Positions 19,516-29,827 of a stretch of DNA of 64,000 nucleotides are shown here, one piece after another. The number at the start of each line of letters is the position of its first letter. The first letter of the stretch is position 1. The notes below the pieces were generated by a model, which searched no databases, was not told the origin of the DNA, and saw only the letters and a list, made by a program, of their open reading frames with translations. Origin of the DNA: an uncultured bacterium (GTDB lineage: Bacteria; Chlamydiota; Chlamydiia; Chlamydiales; SM23-39); NCBI GenBank assembly GCA_963716985.1, contig OY970323.1, positions 1,696,001 to 1,760,000 on the forward strand, read 5' to 3'. The translations under genes and the position numbers were made by a program.

Positions 19516-22308
19516 GGTTCATCCGAGAACATAAGTCTACAGACTTATGGGTAACGATTAGCGCTAACACAGGTGGAAAAAAGGCCCCAAATAGCCGCTG
19601 TGATTAAGTAGCTCACCTTTTCCGAAAGGATAGGAACTCTCCATCCGGACCTGTGAAGAGACAAAGCGCCATGCTTGATGATATGTTTGCCCATCAGCAT
19701 GAAGTAGATCATTCCGGCCCTTCCGGCCCAGCCGGAGGGAATCATGAGACCTGCAAGTTTTTTCAGTCCGAACGTTGCCCCCGTATATGCGAGAGATGTC
19801 ATTCCGCCGACAATGCGCGGAGATAAAAAGTTGAGCGCAAGAAAAAGAAGCGCGGACAGAACCATTCGTTCCTCAGGCGTTCGGTCGGCAAAACGGGCGA
19901 GAAGTTTTTGTCGCAAGAAAGGAGCGCAAAGATTCGCGGTTATCAACGTTACAATCTGGAGAAAAGAGGAGGGCAATAGCACTTTGGTCGCGAATGGAAT
20001 CAAGGTTCCGGCTGCTTGAGGAATCAGGCGGCCGATTGCATAGGGGACAATGGCGCCGATCAAGGGGAGCGCGAGCCATTTAATTTTGTCCTGTAAGAGT
20101 GTACCTGCAATGGATTCTCCAATCAGGCTTTTTAGAAGATTAACTGTTTGCGGGTCTCGGGAATTGCGGGCGAGAGCGCCTCCGAAAATGCCCCCGAGAA
20201 CAGATGCACTCCAAACGATCGGAGCCATTCCGGAACAATAGGCGGCTGCCAGAGAGGCGATCCCGACTTTTATGAAAGTTGGATGATCCTCGATCCAGGG
20301 AATTGTTTGTAATACGGGATCGAGCTTATTTAATTGCTTGGGAGCGAAAGCGGCGATGGCAAGCGATAGGGCGACCGTTGTCGGGGCGAAGATCGAGGTG
20401 AGTCCTGCGGTGGCAAGGCCTGCGGCGGCGATCATCGCAATTTTTCTTATATTGGGCCTGATCCTATGAAGGAGGGAGGGATCTTCCGGCGTTGATGAAG
20501 AGAGAAGAGCGTGGTTGATCGCTTCAATATTTCTAGAGGCTAAATATCCTGCGCCAACAGCGGCCACAGCCGTAATGGGGGAGAAGAGGAGGGATGCTTC
20601 TGCGGTAAGCGATGCAGCAGCAATATTTTGGATGGTTAGATATTGTTTCCAGCGTCCCCAGCCGCTTTCCTCCTGCGGCAGGATTTCCGTTTTCCAGCGC
20701 TCATGGAGTTGATTCTTTAAAAGGTCATTTGCGAGCAACTCCTCGCAAAGGGGTTTGTCGCTCGGATGGCTTTCTAAGTGTTTTTGCACGATCGCATGGA
20801 CCTCGGCCTCCTCGAAAGCCGCCATTAGCGCGTCCTCGGTTTCGGGGTTTGCAAGAAATTGCGTTAAAGCAGCTACTTTGGGCCCTAGAAGAGGTTGCTT
20901 CGCAGGATCCTTGCGGATCTGCTGTTCTAGGTTGGCTTTTTTTGCTTGGAGAGTCTGGAGAAAGGGGGCCAGCTGTTTTTGCGCTGCGGCTTGCTGATAA
21001 TTTTGGGCGAACTTGAGAAAATCCTGTCGAAGACGTGCTTTGAAAGACTCAAAATCTCTCAAGGAAGATTGGGCCAGCGGCTTTTTAAGGCACCAATCTC
21101 TGACGAGGGGAAGAGAGATGTTTTGCGTGTCTAACTGTGCTGAAATTCCAAGAGAAGGAATGGAAAGGATGCAGGGTTTTTGAGCAGGTCTGTTTGGGAT
21201 TGCGGGCGCTTCTTGGAATGAGCCGAGCAGTTCCGGAATGAGGTCTTTTAATGTTTGATATTGCAAGACTCCATATTTTCTAGGGCTTACGCATTGGCCT
21301 GGGCGTTCAGGATCATAGCGCACAAGCGTTTCATCGGAGACATCCCATCTTTTCGCGGTATGTCTGTCTATGACCTCGACGCGGCCGCCGAGAGCGGAAA
21401 TTTCAAATTGACAGGGGCTGGCCAATAGTGTTTGCAATTCCGTGTCGTGGAGATATTTCCCTGTATGCTTGAGTGTGAAAACCACATCGTCCATAAAAGA
21501 GCGTAATTTCTCTCTGGGCACGGGATATTGATCGACGGTGCGGATCGGCATGCCATCTTCATCGACCGGTCTTACTTGAAGATCAAGCCATCGGCTCTGG
21601 CTCGGGGACCAGAAACGTCCGCAGGAGGCCGCAGATGCGAGCGGAAAACTACCCGTTGAAGAAGCTGCTCCGGTGGTCATAATAATTCCTTTTTTTTGTT
21701 ATATTGAGGGAGTTGCAAAACTCTGAGGAAGTCGGGATTTTTTTAAGCTAAGAACAAAAAAATTTTAAATAACCACGCCTTGCTCTATAGAGTAATCGCT
21801 AAAAAACAACAACGAGCAAGGCAACGACTAATTCTTTCCTAAACTTTATATCATGTGGCTTACATCAAATTCAACGAACTTTTTTTCCCGATCTAGAAGC
21901 AGTTATCATGCATCGGATGTTGATAGAGGAAAAAGAATTTATATGGGGAGAACCGCCCAGTAAAGCAGCGTAAACCGTTCTTCACTTGAGCAATATTGGT
22001 GGATCGCATTGGAGCGGTCGAGATAGAGAGCAAAAATTATGAGTCAACATACAGGAACACCGAAGAAGTGGGCAAATACGTTGCAAAGTTGGCACATAGA
22101 TGCCGTTCTCGACATTGTATTGTCCATTTCATTCGGATTTCATGGTGGGGCGAGGAGAGAAAATGTACTCCTCAAAAAAAGATCCCGGAGAGAACGGTGG
22201 ATTCTTCCTGTTGTTTAGACAAAAATGAAAACTTTTTATCCCGGCATCTGTGCTCGTTTTTTATCCGGTCCCCAAGACTTCGCTCACAAGTGAGGAACCG
22301 GATGAACC
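19516..22308. mobile_element. ISL3-like bounded element carrying a cargo gene
   Basis: Terminal IR GGTTCATCCG / CGGATGAACC flanked by an exact 8-bp direct repeat ACTATTCT (19508-19515, 22309-22316); decayed ORF remnants at ~21900-22200. Confidence 0.7.
19545..21680 (-). CDS. 711-aa hypothetical protein: soluble/coiled-coil N-half, multiple hydrophobic hairpins in C-half
   Basis: Long ORF with AAGGA RBS; Ser/Thr/Ala-rich N-terminus; stop codon lies within an IS4-like TIR copy. Confidence 0.8.
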   Translation of the reverse strand: MTTGAASSTGSFPLASAASCGRFWSPSQSRWLDLQVRPVDEDGMPIRTVDQYPVPREKLRSFMDDVVFTLKHTGKYLHDTELQTLLASPCQFEISALGGRVEVIDRHTAKRWDVSDETLVRYDPERPGQCVSPRKYGVLQYQTLKDLIPELLGSFQEAPAIPNRPAQKPCILSIPSLGISAQLDTQNISLPLVRDWCLKKPLAQSSLRDFESFKARLRQDFLKFAQNYQQAAAQKQLAPFLQTLQAKKANLEQQIRKDPAKQPLLGPKVAALTQFLANPETEDALMAAFEEAEVHAIVQKHLESHPSDKPLCEELLANDLLKNQLHERWKTEILPQEESGWGRWKQYLTIQNIAAASLTAEASLLFSPITAVAAVGAGYLASRNIEAINHALLSSSTPEDPSLLHRIRPNIRKIAMIAAAGLATAGLTSIFAPTTVALSLAIAAFAPKQLNKLDPVLQTIPWIEDHPTFIKVGIASLAAAYCSGMAPIVWSASVLGGIFGGALARNSRDPQTVNLLKSLIGESIAGTLLQDKIKWLALPLIGAIVPYAIGRLIPQAAGTLIPFATKVLLPSSFLQIVTLITANLCAPFLRQKLLARFADRTPEERMVLSALLFLALNFLSPRIVGGMTSLAYTGATFGLKKLAGLMIPSGWAGRAGMIYFMLMGKHIIKHGALSLHRSGWRVPILSEKVSYLITAAIWGLFSTCVSANRYP

Positions 22309-22309
22309 A

Positions 22310-23032
22310 CTATTCTTCCATCTTCATGTTGTGATAGACGGCATCGACATCCTCTAGCTTTTCGAGCCATTCGATGAGTTTGATGTTTGCCTCCTGATCT
22401 TCTTTGGAGCATTCCACCAAGTTTTTGGGGATCATCTCTAAAGAAGACCCGTCGCAAATGATTTCATTTTTTTCGATCGCTTCTTTGACTTTATAGAGAC
22501 TTTCTGGAGCTGTTGTAATCATGAAGCGGTCGTCGGTTACCTCGAAATCTTCAGCGCCTCCGTCGCTCACCAGAAGAAAAAGCTCATCTTCCCGCGCATG
22601 TTTTTTTAAGACCTCTAAAACTCCCTTGCGATCGAAATTGTAGCTCACGGAACCGGGAGTTGCAATCGTACCGCCGCATTTATTTGTCGCAATGCGGATC
22701 TCGGAGGCAATGCGATTTTTATTATCCGTCATCACATCGACGATGATCCCCACGCCTCCATACCCATAAAGCTCATAGGTCATTTCGCTAAAATCGCTCT
22801 GATCGGGGCTGGATGCTTTTTTGATATTGCGTTCGATATTTTCGTTTGGAAAGTTGGCCGTTTTTGCTTTTTGAATCACCCGCGCCAGCTTCACATTGGA
22901 CGTGCGATCTGCTCCCCCCTGTTTGACGGCGCTGATGATCTCTTTGGCCAAGCGGGAAAACTCTTTGCCCTTTTTCTGATCGGACTTTTCTTTTCGATGC
23001 TTGATGTTGGCCCATTTGCTATGACCTGACAT
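22310..23032 (-). CDS. yebC: YebC/PmpR family protein
   Basis: MSGHSKWANIKHRK; YELYGYGGVGIIV...TDNKNR; LEDVDAVYHN. Confidence 0.97.
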   Translation of the reverse strand: MSGHSKWANIKHRKEKSDQKKGKEFSRLAKEIISAVKQGGADRTSNVKLARVIQKAKTANFPNENIERNIKKASSPDQSDFSEMTYELYGYGGVGIIVDVMTDNKNRIASEIRIATNKCGGTIATPGSVSYNFDRKGVLEVLKKHAREDELFLLVSDGGAEDFEVTDDRFMITTAPESLYKVKEAIEKNEIICDGSSLEMIPKNLVECSKEDQEANIKLIEWLEKLEDVDAVYHNMKMEE

Positions 23033-23089
23033 AGAATTGCCCCTTTCATTTTTCCACTAAACATTTTGCACGAGAAGGGAAAATTATCC

Positions 23090-23584
23090 CTAGAGAATCT
23101 TTTGCATAAAGTATTTGCCTCGATACATACCGCCATCCTTCGTAAAATGTTTTTGAAAGCCGCACGTGACAAACCCCAATCTTTTATAGAGAGAAATCGC
23201 CGGATTGCCCTCGTAAACCTCAAGACATAACATTTCGAGAAAAAATCTCTCTTTTGCAAGCTTCATCAGCTCGGTTAAGAGCTCTGTTCCGACCCCTTTG
23301 CCGCGAAGCTCTCTTGAGACAATGATGGCAAAAAGAGCTTGATGGCCCAATTTTCGAAAGGGCTGCAAATAGAGGTTCGCAAGACCGCAGGGAACATCCT
23401 CATAGACGGCCGTTAACACCGCCTGAAACTTGGCATATCCCATACAGATCGTTGCCGCATCCTCTATTTCGCGCGCATCGCTCATGGGAAACCAGCGCAA
23501 AATTTCCGGATCCGCCATCCACTCGACGAGATATTTTTTATCTTCTTCAACGGCAAAACGAATCTTTAATTGTTCTTTTTCCAC
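23090..23584 (-). CDS. GNAT family N-acetyltransferase
   Basis: RGKGVG acetyl-CoA loop; EVYEGNPAISLYKRLGF. Confidence 0.92.
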   Translation of the reverse strand: MEKEQLKIRFAVEEDKKYLVEWMADPEILRWFPMSDAREIEDAATICMGYAKFQAVLTAVYEDVPCGLANLYLQPFRKLGHQALFAIIVSRELRGKGVGTELLTELMKLAKERFFLEMLCLEVYEGNPAISLYKRLGFVTCGFQKHFTKDGGMYRGKYFMQKIL

Positions 23585-23591
23585 AAGCCCT

Positions 23592-24089
23592 TCAAAATGT
23601 ATGTTCCATTAAAATTCTTGCCAGATACCGGCCCTCATCTTTCACAAATCGTTCTTGATAGACAATTTGTTCAAAAGAAGATTTGTTGAGAATGGAGAGA
23701 AGAGGGCACCCTTCATAAATCTCAGCATAAACACTTTCAAAACGAAAATAGTTTGCAGCAAGATTTAACAGATTTTTGACCATGGACGTGCCGATTCCCT
23801 TCCCTCTCATTTCGGGATCGACAACGAGATACATACTGCACTGATGAGCCACTTTTTTATAGGGCAAAAGAAAAAGCGTTCCTATTGCAACCGGCTTTGC
23901 TAAAACCGTTGCAGTCAAACTCGATCGGAAACGGGAAAATCCAATCCAATTCTTTGCAAAATCCTCGATTTCTTTAGCCGTCGACACGGGAAACCAGACA
24001 TGAGTTTCCGGATCGCTCAGCCACGAATGGAGAGCTGACCCGTCCTCCATTTGACTATAACGTATATCAAACGAAATCTCTTCTTGCAT
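23592..24089 (-). CDS. GNAT family N-acetyltransferase (tandem paralog)
   Basis: MRGKGIG; clearly similar to the adjacent GNAT. Confidence 0.9.
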   Translation of the reverse strand: MQEEISFDIRYSQMEDGSALHSWLSDPETHVWFPVSTAKEIEDFAKNWIGFSRFRSSLTATVLAKPVAIGTLFLLPYKKVAHQCSMYLVVDPEMRGKGIGTSMVKNLLNLAANYFRFESVYAEIYEGCPLLSILNKSSFEQIVYQERFVKDEGRYLARILMEHTF

Positions 24090-25175
24090 TATCCGAATTC
24101 CTTCAAGTAAGAGGCCACAAAATCTTCTATCTCTCCGTCCATCACTGCCTGGATATTACCCGATTCCCATTTCGTGCGGGTATCTTTGACCAAAGTATAG
24201 GGTTGAAAGACATAATTACGAATCTGCGAGCCCCAAGCAATCTCTTTTTTCTCTCCGCCCATTTGTTGCAGAGACTGTTCTCTCTCAAGGACCTCTTTCT
24301 CATAGAGCTTGGACTTGAGCATTTTCATGCAGGTTTCTTTGTTCTGCACCTGGCTTCTTTCGCTCTGCGAAGAGACCACCATTCCCGTCGGCAAATGGGT
24401 GATGCGAACGGCCGAGTCGGTCCGGTTGACATGTTGTCCGCCCGCTCCGGAAGCGCGGAAGGTGTCGATGCGCAGATCCTCCGGCTTTATCTCCACTACA
24501 ATTTCTTCATCGATAATTGGAGTCACGTCCACCGATGCAAAACTCGTATGCCGCCGCGCATTGCTGTCAAAAGGAGAAATGCGCACCAAGCGGTGCACCC
24601 CTTTTTCCGACTTGCAAAGGCCATAAGCATAATCTCCCTCAAAACGAAACGTGATGCTCTTCACACCCGCAATCTCTCCATCAAGCCGGTCGATGAGCTG
24701 CACCTTCCATCCCTTTCTTTGCGCATAGCGCTGATACATTCTTCCCAGCATTTCTGCCCAATCGCAAGCCTCCGTTCCTCCGGCTCCGGCATTGATGCTC
24801 AAATAGCAGCTATTGCGATCCATCTCCTTAGAAAGCATTTTGCGCAGTTCTAAATCGATCAGTTTTTCTTCGATGGCCAAAAATTCTTTTTTCAACTCTT
24901 CTAGAAACGCAAGATCCTTTGCAGCCTCAGCTTCCGGGTAAATTTCCTTTAATGCGTGAAAACGGGTAGACACTTCTTGAAAAGCCAGAGTCCAAGACTT
25001 TAGCTCATTGCACTCTTTTACGATCTTTTGAGCAGCAACGGAATCCTCCCAAAAATGGGGATCTTCCATCTTTTCTTCGAGACGTTTGACCTCCGCTTCT
25101 TTCGAAGCCAGGTCAAAGAAACCTCCACATTTGAGCAATTCTTTTTTCGATATCGGCTAATTTCTCTTGAGACAT
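24089..25175 (-). CDS. prfB: Peptide chain release factor 2, with programmed +1 frameshift
   Basis: ATG at 25175 (MSQEKLADIEKRIAQMWRFL), then GGAGGT TT CTT TGA C slippery site (25112-25118); SPF and GGQ motifs. Confidence 0.97.
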
Positions 25176-25350
25176 AATAATTCCTTTTCCACGAAAATAT
25201 GAAATTCTCATCTTTTTAGCAACAGAGATCTTCGCAAATTTCCTGACTCTTTCTTTCTTAAATTTTTCAGAAATCTCTCTACTTTGTCTTCTCTTTCTTC
25301 ACCAATGGTAACGTCTTGAATTGAATTTACAGAAACAATCTTACACCACC

Positions 25351-25393
25351 TCCGTGGGAGCCTAAAGGGGAAGTTCCTTTAGACTACCCGACT
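25351..25393 (+). mobile_element. Group II intron 3'-end fragment (domain VI)
   Basis: TCCGTGGGAGCCTAAAGGGGAAGTTCCTTTAGACTACCCGACT: stem-loop with bulged A near a CCCGACT end; no domain V or RT seen. Confidence 0.55.
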
Positions 25394-25476
25394 TTAAAAT
25401 CCCGCATTAGAAGCCCCATCGGCGATCGCATCATAAGACGGAAGGGCTATTCGTTTAATTTCGTCCAGTTGGTAGC

Positions 25477-25965
25477 TTAAGCCGCCTGCTTTTCCATGCC
25501 ATTTTTTGCCCGTCTCTTGTGATTTTTTCTGGGTCTCGGCAATTCCACCTTATCTAATAACCATGTGAACAGATCTCGAGGTTTTTGTTCGAAAAACCTT
25601 TCTGCCGCAGTAGTGCCATCCGCTCGTCGTATAAAAAAATTGTGCAACACTGTTAAGACCGTGAGTGTATGTGCAGTCAATCGCCGAAATGCATGGAATT
25701 TTAATGACAACTGGCCATTTCTACCCTCCACACATGAGCTCGATCGTTGAAAAATTTGGGCGCATTCCAAGGCTCTACGCCACCATTCTACCTGCATAGA
25801 GCAATTTATTCCGCCCCATAACAGATTCTGTTTGAGGCCTTCTTCCAATTTGCGTAAAGTTGTCTTTATCGCTTCTTTTCGGACCTTCTTTTTAGTTCTT
25901 TGCAAACAGAGCTTTAAGTACTCTATCGCAACAAGCTTCTCGAATAACTGCCCATGCCACTCATC
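25477..25965 (-). pseudogene. C-terminal fragment of a DUF6399-type transposase-like protein
   Basis: FQRSSSCVEGRNGQLSL; LTVLHNFFIRRADGTTAAERFF; cut at the IS630 end. Confidence 0.75.
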
Positions 25966-26174
25966 TAGTGCTCTGTCACCCTTTAATTTTAGGATAAATT
26001 GACTTGAGCTTATGCCGTGCATCACCAATAGTAAATTGCCATTCAACTCCTCGTTGCTTTGCATTTGTTTTGGTTGCCCATGCTTCGGTTTGTGTACGGT
26101 AAGCGTCTAATCTAGCCATCTTTTTTGTTTTCCTTCGTCATGGCACTCTGGTTTTTCTTAACCAAAGGAGTGTT

Positions 26175-26489
26175 ATGCCAAGACCGTTCCCAGAAGAAAA
26201 AAGACGCATCTGGCAAGAAAAAGTGCAAACGCAACGCATTAGCGGATTAAGCATGGCGCGTTGGTGTCGTGAGCAGCAGGTAAATTACAATTCTTTCCTG
26301 TATTGGGATAAGCGCTTCCCTGAAAAATCTCAGATAACACGCGACTCTTTTCAAGAGCTCTATGAAGAAACTAAGACGGACCCAGGCGTTGCTATCGAAT
26401 GTCAGGGAATGAAAGTTGTTCTATTAAAATCATTCGACCCAGTCGTTTTGGCTCAATGTCTACAAGTTCTCAAGGCACTGCCATGCTAA
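26175..26489 (+). CDS. tnpA: IS66 accessory protein TnpA
   Basis: W.EKVQTQRISGLSMARWCREQQVNYNSFLYW HTH; first ORF of the IS66. Confidence 0.85.
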   Translation: MPRPFPEEKRRIWQEKVQTQRISGLSMARWCREQQVNYNSFLYWDKRFPEKSQITRDSFQELYEETKTDPGVAIECQGMKVVLLKSFDPVVLAQCLQVLKALPC

Positions 26490-26799
26490 GTCTGCCTGCA
26501 AACGCCCGCCTGTTTTTGTGTCGCGCGCCTGTCAGTATGCGCAAGAGCTTTGAAGGTCTGAGCATTCTCGTCGAACAATTGTTCCCCGGAGAGCTCTTTT
26601 TATTTTTCTAAGCCGACGCAAGGATCATATGAAGGTTCTCTACTGGGATGGTGATGGGTTTGTCATTTTTTATAAGCGCTTGGAAAAAGGTTCTTTTATT
26701 CCTCGGGAAGGAATGACATCAACGCTGCCAAGACGTGAATTTTTGATGCTTTTGGAAGGAGTCGTTCCTAAACGATTACAATCTCGGTTTTCTCTATGA
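26483..26799 (+). pseudogene. tnpB: IS66 accessory protein TnpB, frameshifted
   Basis: PVSMRKSFEGL in one frame; RRKDHMKVLYWDGDGFVIFYKRLEKGSF in another; 317 nt. Confidence 0.85.
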
Positions 26800-26865
26800 A
26801 AATAATTCGACTTTTCGTGTATTTTTCTCTTCTTTTTTTAAGGGGGTTTTGCTATCATTTTCTCT

Positions 26866-28404
26866 ATGAAAACAACACAAATTCTAGATCCTGCACAACT
26901 TCAAAACCAGATCGAAATTCTGCGAGTTGAAAATCTCGATTTGTGCAATACAGTGGCTTATCTCACACAACAACTCGACTGGTTCAAGCGCCAAATCTTC
27001 GGTAAAAAATCAGAGCGCATTATCTCAGATCTCAATGGAGAACAGCTACTGCTTGAAGGTCTCGATGCAAAAGATCTGCAGAGCAAAGAAGAAACTCAAA
27101 CAGTCCCTGCTCATCAACGTCGTAAACCTAAGCGCAATGGCCAAGATGCGATCACTTTGGATCCCAACCTTCCCGTTAAAACCATTGTTCTCGATGTTCC
27201 CGAAGAGCAAAAAGTCTGTCAGGAAACAGGAACTCCTCTCGTCAAGATCGGTGAAGAGGTTACTCACAAATTAGCTCACGAGCCGGGGAGCTATTATATC
27301 AAAGAAACCATCCGTCCCAAATATGCCCACCCTCAAAAACCTGAAGACGGCGTTCTGACAGCCTTGTTACCCGACAGCATACTCTCTAAATGCCAAGCTG
27401 ATGACAGTCTTCTCGCAGAAATTGTTACCCAAAAATTCGTTGATCATCTCCCTCTGTATCGCATCACCGAAATACTGGGTCGTCAAGGGGTTGGCATCAG
27501 CCGTAAGCTTCTCTCCCAATGGGTGATTCGCTGCGGTATGGCTCTCAAACCCCTCTATGAAGTCATGGTTTGCCAGATTCTTGAGAGCGAAAATGTTTTC
27601 ATCGATGAAAGCCCAGTCAAATTACAAGCAAAAGACCAGTGCGATACAGCCTATATGTGGGTGATTGTCGGAGGAATCTCTTCAAATCCTGCCTACAGGG
27701 TCTATGATTTTCGAACGAACCGCCGTCATGAGAACGTCCTCGATATTCTTCAGGGATATCGCGGGTTTTTGCACTCAGATAAATATGGCGCCTACCAACG
27801 GTTGGCCGAGAAGAAGGTGATCACATGGTGTCCTTGTTGGAGCCATATTCGAAGAAAATTCTTCGATGCTGAATCGGGAGATTTACCATTTCGCGATTGG
27901 GTTCTTCGAAAAATCCGATATCTCTTCATGTTGGAGAAAGTCGCCTGGGCCCGGACACCTGAAGAGCGCCTGCAGATCCGCCAAGAAAAAGAAATTCCAA
28001 TTATCGATGAGTTGATCGAGAAGATCAAAACACGACTTATGGACGGGAAGCTCTTGCCCAAATCAAAATTTCGCGAGGCGCTTGGGTATTTTTGCGGCCT
28101 GATTCCCTATTTAAAAAATTACACCAAGCACGCTTTTGCTCGTCTTGATAATAATGTAGCCGAAAGGGCCGTTCGTCCTCTCGCTATTGGCCGAAAAAAC
28201 TGGCTCTTTTTCGGGAGTGAAGATGGCGGCGAAGCCGCTGCAATTTTACTCTCATTAGTACAAACTTGCCGAGGGTTGCAGATAAATCCAAGAGAATATC
28301 TAGAAGATGTGTTCCGGAGACAGATAGGGCACGCCGCTCAGAAGCTCGAGGAACTCTTGCCTGATCGATGGTTTGCCGCTCGTCAACAGTCGAAAAAGCA
28401 ATAG
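26866..28404 (+). CDS. tnpC: IS66 transposase TnpC
   Basis: FGKKSE; KFVDHLPLYR; IDES; CWSHIRRKF; LDNNVAERAVRPLAIGRKNWLFFGS. Confidence 0.97.
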   Translation: MKTTQILDPAQLQNQIEILRVENLDLCNTVAYLTQQLDWFKRQIFGKKSERIISDLNGEQLLLEGLDAKDLQSKEETQTVPAHQRRKPKRNGQDAITLDPNLPVKTIVLDVPEEQKVCQETGTPLVKIGEEVTHKLAHEPGSYYIKETIRPKYAHPQKPEDGVLTALLPDSILSKCQADDSLLAEIVTQKFVDHLPLYRITEILGRQGVGISRKLLSQWVIRCGMALKPLYEVMVCQILESENVFIDESPVKLQAKDQCDTAYMWVIVGGISSNPAYRVYDFRTNRRHENVLDILQGYRGFLHSDKYGAYQRLAEKKVITWCPCWSHIRRKFFDAESGDLPFRDWVLRKIRYLFMLEKVAWARTPEERLQIRQEKEIPIIDELIEKIKTRLMDGKLLPKSKFREALGYFCGLIPYLKNYTKHAFARLDNNVAERAVRPLAIGRKNWLFFGSEDGGEAAAILLSLVQTCRGLQINPREYLEDVFRRQIGHAAQKLEELLPDRWFAARQQSKKQ

Positions 28405-28466
28405 CTGATCTTCAATGATCAGCTATTGGCTCTATTCATCTTTTCAATCCTGGCTTTTCACAACTA

Positions 28467-28775
28467 CTAACATTGGGTTTTTCGCAGTGCTGATAAGCAA
28501 TTTTTCAAGATGGCAAGATCGAAGCATTCATCGAGATGAATGCGAACGCCCCGATATTCGATGGAGACTCCGGGTGTCGTAGGTGCATTAGGTTTCTTGC
28601 AAGACGATCGGCGTATCGAAGTTTTTGAGGAAAGGCAATCTTTCCAATAAACAAATGTACTATGAGCAATTTGATGTTTTCGACACCAGCTTGTAGCATT
28701 AAGACCGCTGTTTCTTTGTTGGCGAATGTTTTCTGTCCATTCGGCTAGTTTTTCTGATGAAATAGGTTCGAACAT
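28467..28775 (-). CDS. Second IS66 TnpA-like protein, inverted, inside the right end
   Basis: W.ENIRQQRNSGLNATSWCRKHQIAHSTFVYW...PGVSIEYRGV; aligns with 26175-26489. Confidence 0.8.
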   Translation of the reverse strand: MFEPISSEKLAEWTENIRQQRNSGLNATSWCRKHQIAHSTFVYWKDCLSSKTSIRRSSCKKPNAPTTPGVSIEYRGVRIHLDECFDLAILKNCLSALRKTQC

Positions 28776-29637
28776 AGAGACTCCTTGGTTTAAAAAGACA
28801 AAGAGTGCCATGACTCAGAAATAGGAAAAAGATGGGTAGATTAGACGGTTACGTGTACGTAACGTTTCAATATCCCCAAGACGCCTATTTTTTAAACATT
28901 GACGCGTCATTGAGCTAAGTTCATTCTCCGATATATTTAGCCAACTCCCATGTTTTGGCGTATAACGAAATTCAAGTCGCTTAACGATTTCACGCGCTTT
29001 TTCAACGGGAAATGCTTCATAAAATGCACCTCGTGTATGAGTGTTCAAATTATCACAAACAAGAATGACTTTTTTTGCATCGACGTACTTTGTTCGCAGT
29101 AGTTCGTCCATCTCAAACGCCCAATCAATTTTTGTGCGCTGAGGACGAATAGCGACTTTTCTCCATCCGGACAATGGTTCAACAAACATAAAAATACAAG
29201 CCGTTCCCGCCCGCTCATATTCATAGTCTGTGCGTTGAGAATGATTTTTGGTTGCTGCAATCGAAGGCCGTGTTTCCTTCAATAACTGAACGGGTTGTTC
29301 ATCCATACACACCACTGGTATAGATTCGTTATAAGGCATGGCATAAGTATCCAACACATCCTCCATGGCCGCAACGAATTCACTGTCAGATTCAGGTGGA
29401 ATTACCCAATACTGAATTTTGCGTTTGGTCATCCCGTTTTTTTTAATGTACGTCGCACTGTTTCATAACTAATTGCATCAACAATTTCAAGCTCTACCAA
29501 TTGCTCGGCCAAAAGTCGCAATGACCAACTTCCAAATCCATCCGGTGCTGAACCTAAGCGCATCGCAATCAGTTTGGCCTCTTGCTCTCCACTGAGCAGC
29601 TTCTTGCGTGGTGGGTCCTTTCGTTTCTTTCCATTAA

Positions 29638-29827
29638 CCTAAAAACGGCAGTTGAACCGCTCCGCATGACCTGAAAATTGTAAATTTCTCTCTCAGAAAT
29701 AAATTCTATCTTGAACTTTCACGCCCACCCAATAGGTGAGTGGATAAATTTGAGCAATAACATTGATTTTTAGAGGAGAATCGCGAAAGTTTTGATTGTG
29801 CGGAGCGGTTCAACTGCCGTTTTTAGG
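29638..29827. mobile_element. 190-bp MITE (IS1380-like CCT ends)
   Basis: Perfect 29-bp TIR CCTAAAAACGGCAGTTGAACCGCTCCGCA; 5-bp direct repeat ATTAA; removal restores the IS630 reading frame (ETALN|GKKRK). Confidence 0.9.

Larger units (their letters stand above)
26099..28852 (+). mobile_element. IS66-family element
   Basis: TIRs GTAAGCGTCTAATCTAGCCATC / GATGGGTAGATTAGACGGTTAC; 7-bp direct repeat GTGTACG. Confidence 0.93.

Noticed and set aside
21996..22334. 112-aa ORF as an intact gene
   Set aside because: It lies in decayed IS-like sequence, crosses the terminal IR and overlaps the yebC end.
24089..25138. prfB starting at TTG 25138 (MLKCGGFF)
   Set aside because: The true start is ATG 25175 with the conserved CTT TGA C frameshift.
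25477..26064. 195-aa track ORF as a real protein
   Set aside because: Its N-terminal part is an off-frame reading of the IS630 end fused to a DUF6399 fragment.
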